A stretch of 64,000 bases of DNA. Source: an uncultured Gemmatimonadales bacterium. Lineage in GTDB: Bacteria > Gemmatimonadota > Gemmatimonadetes > Palauibacterales > Palauibacteraceae. The DNA lies in contig CAWANJ010000001.1 in the NCBI GenBank assembly GCA_963783385.1, positions 256,001-320,000 on the forward strand. Direction: 5' to 3'. The position numbers were made by a program, and so were the translations under genes. The notes under the pieces were generated by a model that was given only the letters and a program-made list of their open reading frames with translations, was not told the DNA's origin and did not search any database. Below, in pieces: positions 1 to 11,402 of the stretch (positions are counted from its first letter, which is position 1; every line of letters begins with the position of its first letter).

Positions 1-512
1 TGCACGTCCCGCAGCACGACCACCCGCATCGTGACCCGCTCCACCTGTCCCGCGGTGCTCTCGTTGATCCGGATGACGTCGCCGATCTGGTACTGACCCT
101 CGACCAGCATGAAGAAGCCGCCGATGAGATCCTTGACCAGCGCCTGGGCCCCGAACGAGAGCGCCAGGCCGAGCACTCCGACGGCCGCCGTGAGGGGGCC
201 GGTGGCGTTGGGGACGAACACCGATAGGATGGTGACGCCGGCCACAAGCGACAGCGCCACCGTACTGGCGTTGCGGACGATCTGGGCGAGGGTCCTGCCG
301 CGCTGTTCGCGCGCCGAGAGGCCTCCCGTGCCGCTGGCCACCACCGAGCGCTCGAGCCGGCGGGTCACGACGACGACGCCCCGATAGACGATCCAGGCCG
401 CCAGGAGGACCAGCGCGACCTTGAGCAGACGGTCTCCCCAATCCGACGCGAGGGGCGGGAAGGCCAGACCCGCCAGGTCGGGGAGCGTTCGGGCGCCGGG
501 CGCCGGCGTCAT
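1..512 (-). CDS. Small-conductance mechanosensitive channel (MscS family), 3' end runs off the window
   Basis: Manual translation from ATG at 512 (overlaps the upstream TGA): ...GLALSFGAQALVKDLIGGFFMLVEGQYQIGDVIRINESTAGQVERVTMRVVVLRD, the MscS TM3/beta-domain signature. Confidence 0.88.
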   Translation of the reverse strand, partial: MTPAPGARTLPDLAGLAFPPLASDWGDRLLKVALVLLAAWIVYRGVVVVTRRLERSVVASGTGGLSAREQRGRTLAQIVRNASTVALSLVAGVTILSVFVPNATGPLTAAVGVLGLALSFGAQALVKDLIGGFFMLVEGQYQIGDVIRINESTAGQVERVTMRVVVLRDV

Positions 513-1351
513 CCCCGCGCCTCCCCCGGCCCGGTCCGCGCGGAAGGTCCGCGCGCCGTGTCGGGGGAGGCCGAAGTGTCTATCGGGAGCGGCCGGGGCG
601 CCGCGGCGGCCGCCGAATCAGCCGCCGCGGCGGAGTCCGCCGCCGCCACGGAATCGGCGGCCAGTCCCGCGAGGGCCGTCTTCCTCCAGCTCCGGTAGGC
701 CTGCAGGCGTTCCGCGTGGGCCTTCTCCCAGCCGTCAGCGCAGCCCACCAGCTCGGCATCCCCGAGGTCCACCAGCATCGCCGGGAGATGACCCTCGGCG
801 CGGGCGAGCACGATCGCGTCCACCGGCGGGAACGGGGGACCGCCATACAACGTCCGGGACACGATCCATCCATCCAGGAACGAGGACGCCCGCGCCACCT
901 CGCGGCTCACGACCCGATCGCAGTCGGTGGCCGGCCCCTCGTGCCGCACCGACTGCATTTTGTTGACCGCATAGTTCGCGTAGGCGCGGGCCATCTCCCG
1001 CAGGTTGGAAGGAGTGGCGACGGTGACGGCCGAATCGCTGCGCAGGCGGACCGCGATCCACGGGTAGGCGGGTGCCGGCCGCGCAACCGTCGCGACCGGT
1101 CCCGTGCCGGTGTAGTACACGACGTGCGGGTCCCTCTCCAGCAGGTCCTGGAGACGGCGCGCGTCCGTCATCCACTGCCGGAGGGTGTCGAGCGGGAAGG
1201 TCAGCGTGTCACCGGAGGGCAGGCCGATGGCGCGCCGCTCCTGTCCCGCGACCGGCGCGGCCAAAAGCGCCAGGAGCAGGACCGCGCCCGCGACTTCGAA
1301 GACGCCTCGCAGCCTGGGAGGGCGGACCGCGCCCGGTTCCGAGGCGCTCAA
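509..1351 (-). CDS. Hypothetical secreted protein
   Basis: 3' part of ORF 509..1918. Probable TTG start overlapping the upstream TGA; signal-peptide-like AVLLLALLAAPVAG; C-terminal AADS repeats. Confidence 0.65.
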   Translation of the reverse strand: MSASEPGAVRPPRLRGVFEVAGAVLLLALLAAPVAGQERRAIGLPSGDTLTFPLDTLRQWMTDARRLQDLLERDPHVVYYTGTGPVATVARPAPAYPWIAVRLRSDSAVTVATPSNLREMARAYANYAVNKMQSVRHEGPATDCDRVVSREVARASSFLDGWIVSRTLYGGPPFPPVDAIVLARAEGHLPAMLVDLGDAELVGCADGWEKAHAERLQAYRSWRKTALAGLAADSVAAADSAAAADSAAAAAPRPLPIDTSASPDTARGPSARTGPGEARG

Positions 1352-1890
1352 ACCCGGCCGGGGCTCCGGCTCTGGCCGGGCAGATCCTCGTCGTCCGGTC
1401 GGTCCAGGAGGCCGGCGAAGCGAAGTACGTCGTCGCCGGCATGCCCCAGGAGCTCCTGCTCGCGAGCCAGCACCCGCTCGGAGATCTCGGCCACGGAGGT
1501 CTCCCCCGTCCATCCCTCTTCGACAACGTCCCATCCGAGCTCCTCGGCGATCCGGTGTGCCACGTAGGCACAGCAGAAGATGTCGTCGAGATAGCCGTAG
1601 GCCCCGACCTTCTCCTCCGGGATCACGTCGTTGGGGCTCACCAGGTAGGCGAGCGCCGCGTCCACCAGCAGCCGATGCTGACGCGTGAGGCGCGGGTCGT
1701 TGAGCAGGTGGAACATGAGGATCGCGTACGCGGGTGCCAGGAGCACGACATCCCGCAGGGTGCCGGCATAGCGCGACACCTGGTCCTTCAAGATCTGGAG
1801 ATAACCCTGCATCATCATCGCGCTCGGGTCTCCCGATTCCGGGGGTGTGCTGCGGCCCTCGTCCCCCCCGCCTTCGTCCCCATGACCCAC
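1348..1890 (-). CDS. YkvA/DUF1232 family protein
   Basis: Motif AALAYLVSPNDVIPE...GYLDD; AGGAG upstream of the GTG start. Confidence 0.85.
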   Translation of the reverse strand: MGHGDEGGGDEGRSTPPESGDPSAMMMQGYLQILKDQVSRYAGTLRDVVLLAPAYAILMFHLLNDPRLTRQHRLLVDAALAYLVSPNDVIPEEKVGAYGYLDDIFCCAYVAHRIAEELGWDVVEEGWTGETSVAEISERVLAREQELLGHAGDDVLRFAGLLDRPDDEDLPGQSRSPGRV

Positions 1891-1954
1891 CGTCCCGTCT
1901 CCTGCTTGGATTGAACACCCGAACCCGCCCGGCGGTCCCCCGGGCTCGAGGGCG

Positions 1955-3811
<1,857 letters not shown>

Positions 3812-3881
3812 ACCAGTACCAGCTCCCGGAGCGGTCGTGGTCGATCGAACTCCGTGGGCGATCGATCGACGTCCATGTTTG

Positions 3882-5288
3882 CTACCCCGCCGCCGGTGAG
3901 GGATCCCCCGGGATCTCGGCGACGCGCGCGAGGGCCCAGGCAGCCAGGTCGTCCGCCTCGTCGGTGGTGCGCGCCTCCGCTATGACCCTGAGGATGGGCT
4001 CGGTCCCCGACGGACGAACGTGGACCCACCGGCCCTTCTCCGGCCAGTCCAGGCGAAGCCCGTCCTGCCGGTCCTCGCTCGCGCCCGGCGGCGCGTCCGC
4101 GAGCAGGGCCCTGTACAGCGCCTCCGGGCTCCCGTCGGGCCGCGCCGTCCGCCGCTTGACGATCGCGTAGTGGGGGCGGTGGGCCAGCCACCCCTCCAGG
4201 GACACCCCTTCGGCGGCCAGGAGCCCCAGCACCAGACACGCCGCAAGTGGCGCGTCCCGAGTGAGATGGAGGGCCGGGAGCATGACCCCGCCGTTGCCCT
4301 CGCCGCCGACCACGGCTCCGGTCTCCCGCATCCGCCGCGCCACGTTGGCCTCGCCGACCGCAGCCAGGTGGACGGGCTGGCCCGCCCGGCGCGCGGCGTC
4401 CGAGATCACCCGGCTGGATGAGAGGTTCGTGACCACGGGCCCGGGCGTCTTCGAAAGCACGTATTCCACCGCCAGAGCCAGGGTCCAGTCCTCGCCGACC
4501 GGCGTGCCCTCTCCATCCACCAGGGCGAGGCGGTCGACGTCGGGGTCCACGGCCAGGCCCAGGTCCGCGCCCGTCTCCCGAACACGCCGGGAGAGCTCTC
4601 CGAGGTTCTCGGGGACCGGCTCCGGGGGTCTGGGGAAGCGGCCGTCCGGCTCCAGGTCGAGGCCCTCCACCCGGCATCCGAGCCGGTCGAGCAGGAGCGA
4701 CATGATCGGTCCTCCCGCCCCTCGCACGCTGTCCAGGGCCACGACGAAACTCGCCGCCGCGATGGCCTCCCGGTCGACGATGGGAAGCGCCAGGATGCGC
4801 TCCACGTGGTGCTCCACGGCGCCTTCCCGCTCCGCGCGCCCACCGAGCCCGTCCCACGCCGCGTGGTCGGGACCCTCAGAGTACAGCGCCTGGACGCGCC
4901 GACCGTCCTCCACGGACACGAACTCGCCCCCGGAGCTGGCCAGCTTGAGGCCGTTCCATTGCACGGGATTGTGGGAGGCGGTGACGATCACTCCGCCCGC
5001 GGCGCGGTCGTCATCCTGCACGGCGAGGAGAGCCGTCGGCGTGGGTGCGAGCCCCACGTCCACCACCGGCCACCCCGTGCTGCGCACCCCGGCCGCCACC
5101 GCATCGACCAGGAGCGGCCCCGAGGTTCGGCTGTCCCGGGCCAGGATCACGTGGCCTCCCGCATCCCCGCGGACGGAGGTGAGGAAGGTCCCGTAGGCCG
5201 CGCCGTAGCGCGCGGCGACCTCGGGCGTGAGCCCGTCTCCGACCACCCCGCGTATGCCGGAGGCGGAGACAATGAGAGGCTCTTGCAT
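3882..5288 (-). CDS. glmM: Phosphoglucosamine mutase / phosphomannomutase family
   Basis: TASHNP phosphoserine loop, DPDVDR metal loop, GGEGNGG, RPSGTEP; directly upstream of glmS; ATG at 5288. Confidence 0.85.
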   Translation of the reverse strand: MQEPLIVSASGIRGVVGDGLTPEVAARYGAAYGTFLTSVRGDAGGHVILARDSRTSGPLLVDAVAAGVRSTGWPVVDVGLAPTPTALLAVQDDDRAAGGVIVTASHNPVQWNGLKLASSGGEFVSVEDGRRVQALYSEGPDHAAWDGLGGRAEREGAVEHHVERILALPIVDREAIAAASFVVALDSVRGAGGPIMSLLLDRLGCRVEGLDLEPDGRFPRPPEPVPENLGELSRRVRETGADLGLAVDPDVDRLALVDGEGTPVGEDWTLALAVEYVLSKTPGPVVTNLSSSRVISDAARRAGQPVHLAAVGEANVARRMRETGAVVGGEGNGGVMLPALHLTRDAPLAACLVLGLLAAEGVSLEGWLAHRPHYAIVKRRTARPDGSPEALYRALLADAPPGASEDRQDGLRLDWPEKGRWVHVRPSGTEPILRVIAEARTTDEADDLAAWALARVAEIPGDPSPAAG

Positions 5289-5374
5289 GGATCGGAATCT
5301 GTGTGGGGGGATCGGAGGCGCCCGGTCGCCGGGCCGACTGCGCCCACGACAGTAGGGGATTTCTCGCGGCTCCG

Positions 5375-5905
5375 TCAACCTCCGGCGGCCGGCCCGGGGG
5401 ACCGGCGGCGCGGTCGCGTCCTCGTGCCCCCGCTCCCGGGCGGCGGGCGGCCGCCGGAGGCCGGCGCGTCCGACGCGCCGTCGTCACGGCCCGGAGGGCG
5501 TTCGGCCCTGAGACGCCGCACGAGGCGATGCACCTGCGCCGGGCCCACCGTCGAGGCGGCGAAGCCGCGACCCCAGCGCGCCGGACAACGCCAGTGCCGG
5601 AGGGCCGCGACGCTGGCGCGCTTCAGGCGGCGCGCCACGTCGGTCAGGGCCTGACCCGGTCCGAAGCGGAGGAGGAGCTGCACGCGATCGGCCGACACCC
5701 GCACCTCGACCGGCTCCACGTTCAGCCGGATGCAGAGCGCGATCAGCTCGCGCTCGAGCGCCCGCGCGTGGCGGTCTCCAAGCAGGGGGAGGCCTCCGAG
5801 CGTGGGCCAGGCGAGCTGGGCGTAGAGCCTGTGGGCGGCGGGAGTCCGCCGCCCACGGAGCCCGCCCCGGCCCTCCGCCCCACCCTCCCCGACCCGCTTC
5901 GGCAT
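5375..5905 (-). CDS. IS200/IS605 TnpA (Y1 HUH)-fold protein, predicted catalytically inactive
   Basis: LYAQLAWPT...DRVQLLL...LTDVARRLKRAS...WGRGFAASTVG follows the Y1_Tnp pattern, but the HUH histidines and catalytic Tyr are replaced; start uncertain. Confidence 0.7.
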   Translation of the reverse strand: MPKRVGEGGAEGRGGLRGRRTPAAHRLYAQLAWPTLGGLPLLGDRHARALERELIALCIRLNVEPVEVRVSADRVQLLLRFGPGQALTDVARRLKRASVAALRHWRCPARWGRGFAASTVGPAQVHRLVRRLRAERPPGRDDGASDAPASGGRPPPGSGGTRTRPRRRSPGPAAGG

Positions 5906-6136
5906 GGCGGAGCGTCCGGCCGGGCGTCAACGGCCGCTCATGCGTGCGGTCACCGCCCCGTGGCCGCGGCGGTCCGGCGGCCCGCCACGCCGGCCGGGGC
6001 CACCGCGCCCGGCGGCTCGCGGCCCACCGCGACTCCCTGCTAGCTTGCGCGTGCGCCCGCAGCGTGGCCTTCCGGCCGATGGCCGGTCGAGCACCGCCGC
6101 CGCATCCGATCATCATCATCACGGCATGGGGGACGC

Positions 6137-7306
6137 ATGACGACACGATCGAGCGACGGGTTCGGAACGCGCGCCGTGCACGCCGGGCAGGAGCCGGCGC
6201 CCGGTTCGGGCGCGATCATGACACCCATCTACCAGACGTCGACCTACGTCCAGGAAGCCGTGGGCAGGCCCCGCGGCGGGTACGAGTACGCGAGGGTCAC
6301 GAATCCCACGCGCTCGGCGCTCGAGGCCAACCTGGCGTCCCTGGAGGGAGGGTCGTTCGGCGCCGCGTTCGCCTCCGGGCTGGCGGCCATCGAGGCCGTG
6401 GTCAAGACGACGCTGAGCGCCGGGGACCACGTGGTGTGCGGAGCCAACGTGTACGGCGGGACCGAGCGCATGTTCAGGACGGTGTGGTCGCGGTTCGGGG
6501 TCGAGTTCACCTTCGTGGACAGCTCCGACCTGGACGCGGTGCGCGCGGCGGTCACGCCCGGCACGCGACTCGTCCACGTCGAGACGCCCACCAACCCCAC
6601 AATGGCGCTGTGCGACCTGGCGGCGTGCGCGGACATCGCGCACGAGGCGGGAGCCCTCCTCTCCGTGGACAACACCTTCGCCACGCCCTTCCTGCAGCGT
6701 CCGCTCGAGTCGGGAGCCGACCTCGTCGTCCACTCGACCACCAAGTACCTGAACGGACACAGCGACGTGATCGGGGGCGCCGTGGTGACCGACTCCGAGG
6801 AGATCTCCGAGGGGCTCTACTACCAGCAGAAGTCCACGGGCGGCGTGCCGGGGCCGATGGACTGCTGGCTCGTGCTCCGCGGGACCAAGACGCTGCACGT
6901 GCGCATGAAGGCCCACTGCGCCAACGGGCGTCGGGTGGCGGAATACCTGGCCGGACACCCGGCCATCTCGACCGTCCACTATCCGGGCCTCGCCACCCAC
7001 CCGCAGCACGAGCTGGCGAAGCGCCAGATGCGCGACTTCGGCGGCATGCTGAGCGTGGAGACGGGGTCGGCCGAGCGTGCCAACGCCCTGGTGGGCGCCA
7101 CGCGGCTGTTCGCGCTGGCCGAGAGCCTGGGCGGGGTCGAGAGCCTGATCAGCGTGCCGGCCTCCATGACCCATGCGTCCGTGCCCGAGGAGCGCCGCCG
7201 GGAGATCGGCGTCACGCCGGGCCTCGTGCGTCTGTCGGTCGGCATCGAAGACCCCGAGGACCTGATCGCCGACCTGGAGGAGGCGCTCTCCGTCCTGGAG
7301 GCGTAG
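6137..7306 (+). CDS. Cystathionine gamma-lyase/synthase (Cys/Met metabolism PLP enzyme)
   Basis: [53 protein letters not shown]. Confidence 0.95.
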   Translation: MTTRSSDGFGTRAVHAGQEPAPGSGAIMTPIYQTSTYVQEAVGRPRGGYEYARVTNPTRSALEANLASLEGGSFGAAFASGLAAIEAVVKTTLSAGDHVVCGANVYGGTERMFRTVWSRFGVEFTFVDSSDLDAVRAAVTPGTRLVHVETPTNPTMALCDLAACADIAHEAGALLSVDNTFATPFLQRPLESGADLVVHSTTKYLNGHSDVIGGAVVTDSEEISEGLYYQQKSTGGVPGPMDCWLVLRGTKTLHVRMKAHCANGRRVAEYLAGHPAISTVHYPGLATHPQHELAKRQMRDFGGMLSVETGSAERANALVGATRLFALAESLGGVESLISVPASMTHASVPEERRREIGVTPGLVRLSVGIEDPEDLIADLEEALSVLEA

Positions 7307-7313
7307 CCGCCCC

Positions 7314-7339
7314 GAAACCGCGGTCCGGCGGGACCCGTA
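7314..7339 (+). promoter_or_regulatory. ECF-sigma-type promoter GAAAC-N17-CGTA upstream of the M48 protease
   Basis: GAAAC at 7314-7318 and CGTA at 7336-7339; same architecture as 10638 and 11345. Confidence 0.65.
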
Positions 7340-7383
7340 GGTCTGGACGAGGGCCAGCCGATCCCGATACGGAGAGGAACACC

Positions 7384-8382
7384 ATGGACGAGCTCCAGAA
7401 GTCGGACCGACGCATCCTGACCGACATCAGTCCGCGTGCCTGGGAGCACCCGGCCGACCGGGCCGCGCTCAACGCGCTGCGCAAGCTCCCCGGGTTCGAC
7501 CTGGCCCTGAGGAAGGTGTTCGGCCTGTTCGGCGAGCGGCAGCTCCGCCTGGCCTTCCAGGCCAACGCCGTGCGGGTCTCGGAGCGCCAGTACGCCGACC
7601 TGCACGAGCAGCTCCTCCGCGTCTGCCGCACCCTCGACGTAGACACGCCGCCCGAGCTGTACGTGTCCCAGACACCTGTGGTGAACGCGGGCGCTCTCGG
7701 GATGAACGATCCCTTCATCGTGCTGAACTCATCGATCCTCGAGGTGCTCGCGCCCGACGAGGTCGAGACCATCATCGGCCACGAGGTCGGCCACATCGTC
7801 AGCGGCCACGTGCTGTATCGGACGCTCCTCGTCCTCCTGCTCCGGCTGTCCCTGTTTCGGTATCCGATCGCCGGCCTGGTGGCCCGGCCCGTCCTCTACG
7901 CGCTGCTGGAGTGGTACCGGAAGAGCGAGCTGTCCTCCGATCGCGCCGGCCTCCTGGCGGTCCAGGACCCGGACGCCTCCATGCGGGGGCTCATGCACCT
8001 GGCCGGCGGTTCCCGCGGACGCACGCTCGACCTGGACGCCTTCCTGGAGCAGTCGGAGGCCTATCGGAGCGAGGGCGGGTTGCTGGACTCCGTATACAAG
8101 GTGCTCAACATCCTGGGGGCCACCCACCCGTTCGCGGTCGTGCGGGTCGCCGAGCTGCGGGAGTGGATCGACAGCGGAGCGTACGAGCGCATCCTGTCGG
8201 GCGACTATCCGCACCGGGACGAGGCGGACGAGCGCGCGTACCGGGACGACCTCGCCGAGGCGATGACGGGCTACCGGGAGTCGGCCCGCGACTTCATGGA
8301 CCAGGTCGACGCGGCCGTCGATACGGTCCGCTCCCGGTTCATGGACGCCTGGCGAGGAGAGCCACCGACGGACGGCAGCTAG
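7384..8382 (+). CDS. M48 family Zn metalloprotease
   Basis: HEVGH zinc motif, ELSSDRAG, THPFAVVR; GAGGA RBS before ATG 7384. Confidence 0.9.
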   Translation: MDELQKSDRRILTDISPRAWEHPADRAALNALRKLPGFDLALRKVFGLFGERQLRLAFQANAVRVSERQYADLHEQLLRVCRTLDVDTPPELYVSQTPVVNAGALGMNDPFIVLNSSILEVLAPDEVETIIGHEVGHIVSGHVLYRTLLVLLLRLSLFRYPIAGLVARPVLYALLEWYRKSELSSDRAGLLAVQDPDASMRGLMHLAGGSRGRTLDLDAFLEQSEAYRSEGGLLDSVYKVLNILGATHPFAVVRVAELREWIDSGAYERILSGDYPHRDEADERAYRDDLAEAMTGYRESARDFMDQVDAAVDTVRSRFMDAWRGEPPTDGS

Positions 8383-8513
8383 GCGCTCCCCGCCCGGTTG
8401 CGAGGGCCGCCGGATACCTCCATCATCGCCGCGGGCGCGTCGCTCCGGGACGGCGCGCCCCGCGTTCGCTTCCCGGCCCTTCTGATTCCGACGCTGGGCG
8501 AGGATCCGAGACG

Positions 8514-9785
8514 ATGAGGCTCCTGGTGGTGGGCGGCGGCGGCCGCGAGCACGCGCTGACCGACAAGCTCCGCCGGGATGCGCCCGATGCCGACATCCTG
8601 GTGGCGCCCGGCAACCCCGGCACGGCGCGCATGGCGGAGAACGTGCCCGTCCGTGCGAACGACGTGGACGGGCTCGAGAGGCTGGCCCGGGACCGCGACG
8701 TTCACCTCACCATCGTCGGCCCGGAGGCCCCGCTGGCGGCCGGCATCGCCGACCGCTTCGCCGCCGCCGGCCTGGCCCTGTTCGGACCCACGGCCGCCGC
8801 GGCGCGCATCGAGGCCTCCAAGGCATTCGCCAAGCGGCTCATGCGGGACGCCTCCATCCCCACCGCCTCCTTCCGGACTTTCGAGGACGCCGACGCCGCC
8901 CGCGCCTACCTCGACGCGCACGGGGCGCCGGTGGTCGTCAAGGCCTCGGGACTCGCGGGGGGCAAGGGCGCGTTCGTGTGCGCCACCCTGGAGGAGGCGC
9001 GTGCCGCCCTGGACCAGATCATGGTCGGCGGGCGATTCGGCGACGCCGGCGAGACCGTGGTGATCGAGGAGTTCATGGAGGGCGAGGAGCTCTCCGTGTT
9101 CTTCCTGTGCGACGGTGAACGCGCGGTCCCCCTGGCGCCGTCCCGGGACCACAAGCGTCTCGAGGAGGGGGGAGGTGGTCCCAACACGGGCGGGATGGGC
9201 GCCTACGCGCCCGTGGCGGACGGCACCCCGGAGCTCGTCGAGGCCGTGCGGCGCACCATCGCCCTCCCGGCGCTGGCCGCCCTTCGCGAGGCCGGGGCTC
9301 CCTACCGCGGCTTCCTGTACGCGGGGCTCATGCTCACCCGGGAGGGACCGCGGGTGGTGGAGTTCAACTGCCGACTCGGCGACCCCGAGGCCCAGGTGGT
9401 CCTCCCTCTCACCGGCTCCAGCCTGATGGAGCCCATGCTGGCCGTGGCCCGGGGCGAGGGGATCGGCGACTGGGCCCCGGCAACCCGCGAGGGCGCGGCG
9501 CTGACGACGGTCCTCGCCAGCCGCGGTTATCCGCTGTCGTACCCCACCGGTCTCCCGATCACCCTTCCCGGGGGGCTGGAGGGCGACGACCTCAGGATCT
9601 ACCACGCCGGCACCGCCACGCGCGAGGGCCGCCTGGTCACCGCCGGCGGGCGCGTGCTGGCCGTGACCGGGCTCGGCGCGACGCTGCGCGAGGCGGCGGA
9701 GCGCAGCCGGGAGGCGGCGGAGCGCATCGAGTTCGAGGGCAAGACCTGGCGACGGGACATCGGGCGGACCGAGTGGGGCGACTGA
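8514..9785 (+). CDS. purD: Phosphoribosylamine--glycine ligase
   Basis: GGGGREHAL, VGPEAPL, GLAGGKG, GPNTGGMGAY, EFNCRLGDPE, TAGGRVL. Confidence 0.97.
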   Translation: MRLLVVGGGGREHALTDKLRRDAPDADILVAPGNPGTARMAENVPVRANDVDGLERLARDRDVHLTIVGPEAPLAAGIADRFAAAGLALFGPTAAAARIEASKAFAKRLMRDASIPTASFRTFEDADAARAYLDAHGAPVVVKASGLAGGKGAFVCATLEEARAALDQIMVGGRFGDAGETVVIEEFMEGEELSVFFLCDGERAVPLAPSRDHKRLEEGGGGPNTGGMGAYAPVADGTPELVEAVRRTIALPALAALREAGAPYRGFLYAGLMLTREGPRVVEFNCRLGDPEAQVVLPLTGSSLMEPMLAVARGEGIGDWAPATREGAALTTVLASRGYPLSYPTGLPITLPGGLEGDDLRIYHAGTATREGRLVTAGGRVLAVTGLGATLREAAERSREAAERIEFEGKTWRRDIGRTEWGD

Positions 9786-9789
9786 GCGC

Positions 9790-10617
9790 GTGCCCGAGCT
9801 CCCCGAGGTCGAGACCATCCGCCGGGACCTGGCCGAGGAGCTGTCGGGCCGCACCATCGAGGCGGTCCGCGTCCACCAGCCCGATATCGTGCTCCCCCCG
9901 CCCGGCCCGGCGGCCTTCGTGGACCGGGTATCCGGCCGACGCATCGACTCGTTGGACCGCCGGGCCAAGTACCTGCTCCTGCGGCTCCACGGCGACGAGC
10001 TGGTGCAGGTCCAGCTGCGCATGACCGGCCGCTTCGCGCTGGGGACGTCCTTGCCCGTCCCCGACGAGTTCACGCACCTGGCGGCCGAGTTCGACCTCGA
10101 CGACGGCCGCACGCTGTTTTACGACGACACGCGGCGGCTGGGCGGCTTCCGGCTGCTGTCGAGCGCCGATTGGGCCTCGATCGAGGCGAAGCTCGGCCCG
10201 GAGCCGCTCGAGGAGGGCTTCACCGCGGCGGTCCTCGCCGCGGCGCTCGCCGACCGTCACGCGCCCGTCAAGAACGTGTTGCTGGACCAGCGTCGGGTGG
10301 CCGGGCTCGGCAACATCTACGCGGCCGAGGCGCTGTTCGCGTCCCGGCTGGACCCGCGCCGGGCCGCCGGGTCGCTGTGCGCCGAGGAGGTGGAGCGCCT
10401 GCACGACGCCATCCGCGCCACGCTGCTGGACGCGCTGGAGCACGCCGGCACCACCTTCAGCGACTACCTGGCGGTCAACGGGCGCTCGGGACGCTTTCAG
10501 GACCGCCTGCAGGTCTACGGCCGCGAGGGATCGCCATGCCTGCGGTGCGGGGAGCCGATCGTGCGGATCGTCCAGGCCGGCAGGAGCACCTGCTTCTGCC
10601 CGGGCTGCCAGCACTGA
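9790..10617 (+). CDS. mutM: Formamidopyrimidine-DNA glycosylase (Fpg)
   Basis: N-terminal PELPEVET, GLGNIYAAEALF H2TH motif, C-terminal CLRC...CPGCQ zinc finger. Confidence 0.96.
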   Translation: MPELPEVETIRRDLAEELSGRTIEAVRVHQPDIVLPPPGPAAFVDRVSGRRIDSLDRRAKYLLLRLHGDELVQVQLRMTGRFALGTSLPVPDEFTHLAAEFDLDDGRTLFYDDTRRLGGFRLLSSADWASIEAKLGPEPLEEGFTAAVLAAALADRHAPVKNVLLDQRRVAGLGNIYAAEALFASRLDPRRAAGSLCAEEVERLHDAIRATLLDALEHAGTTFSDYLAVNGRSGRFQDRLQVYGREGSPCLRCGEPIVRIVQAGRSTCFCPGCQH

Positions 10618-10637
10618 AGGGGGCGCCGATCGGCACC

Positions 10638-10663
10638 GAAACGTCGGGCCGCCCGGACCCGTA
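10638..10663 (+). promoter_or_regulatory. ECF-sigma promoter (autoregulatory) GAAAC-N17-CGTA
   Basis: GAAAC at 10638-10642 and CGTA at 10660-10663, about 55 nt upstream of the sigma gene; resembles the SigW consensus TGAAAC-N16-CGTA. Confidence 0.7.
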
Positions 10664-10717
10664 GGGTGATCTGAGCATGCCGACACCCGCTGAGCACGCA
10701 CGCCCGGTACGCGAGCC

Positions 10718-11308
10718 GTGATCGACACGGATCGGACCGACCAGGAGTTGGTCCGCCTGTGCCTCAAGGGACAGGAGCGTGCCGCGCACGAGCTGGTGTC
10801 GCGCTACCAGCGGCCGATCTTCTCCTTCATCTGCCGCATGGTCCGGGACCGCGAGCTGGCGGAGGACCTGGCCCAGGACACCTTCATCCGGGCGTTCGAC
10901 AACCTGGCCAAGTACGACCCCGACTACAAATTCTCCTCGTGGCTGTTCAAGGTCGGCCACAACCTCACGGTGGACCACATCCGCCGCCGGGAGCTGGACA
11001 CGGTCTCGATCCACGGGGCTCCCGACGCCGTGACCAGCGACCAGCAGGAGGCCACCTCCGTCACCCTCGAGTCGGAGTTCGAGCAGCCGGACGAGCTGCT
11101 CGAGGCCCGCGAGCTGGGCGCCTCCATCGAGGAGGCCATCGAGCGGCTGCGGCCGGAGTACCGGACCGCCATCCTCCTGCGCCACGTCGAGGGATACAGC
11201 TACGACGAGATCGCGGAGGTCATGGAGATACCGCTGGGAACGGTGAAGACCTACATCCACAGAGCGCGCGCCGAGTTGCAGGACATGTTGGGACATCTGC
11301 GGGAGTGA
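10718..11308 (+). CDS. ECF RNA polymerase sigma-70 factor (SigW/RpoE-like)
   Basis: AEDLAQDTFIRA, FSSWLFKV, region 4 SYDEIAEVMEIPLGTVKTYIHRAR. Confidence 0.95.
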   Translation: MIDTDRTDQELVRLCLKGQERAAHELVSRYQRPIFSFICRMVRDRELAEDLAQDTFIRAFDNLAKYDPDYKFSSWLFKVGHNLTVDHIRRRELDTVSIHGAPDAVTSDQQEATSVTLESEFEQPDELLEARELGASIEEAIERLRPEYRTAILLRHVEGYSYDEIAEVMEIPLGTVKTYIHRARAELQDMLGHLRE

Positions 11309-11343
11309 CCCAGCGCGGGTGGGAACGGAGGCTCGGGGCCAGC

Positions 11344-11370
11344 TGAAACCTGCCCGAGCGCCGTTCCGTA
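11344..11370 (+). promoter_or_regulatory. Internal ECF promoter TGAAAC-N17-CGTA upstream of the anti-sigma gene
   Basis: TGAAAC at 11344-11349 and CGTA at 11367-11370 in the sigma/anti-sigma intergenic gap. Confidence 0.7.
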
Positions 11371-11402
11371 AGGGTGAGTGAGACAGGAGTGAATGGAACG
11401 CC

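Noticed and set aside
3812-3881. glmS ribozyme
   Set aside because: The spacer is only about 70 nt and lacks a recognisable ribozyme core.
5375-6040. Active IS200/IS605 element or RAYT with REP array
   Set aside because: Catalytic residues are missing, there is no tnpB, and no repeated REP hairpins were seen.
6040-6136. SAM riboswitch upstream of the cystathionine lyase/synthase
   Set aside because: No SAM-I/II consensus elements are recognisable and the leader is short.
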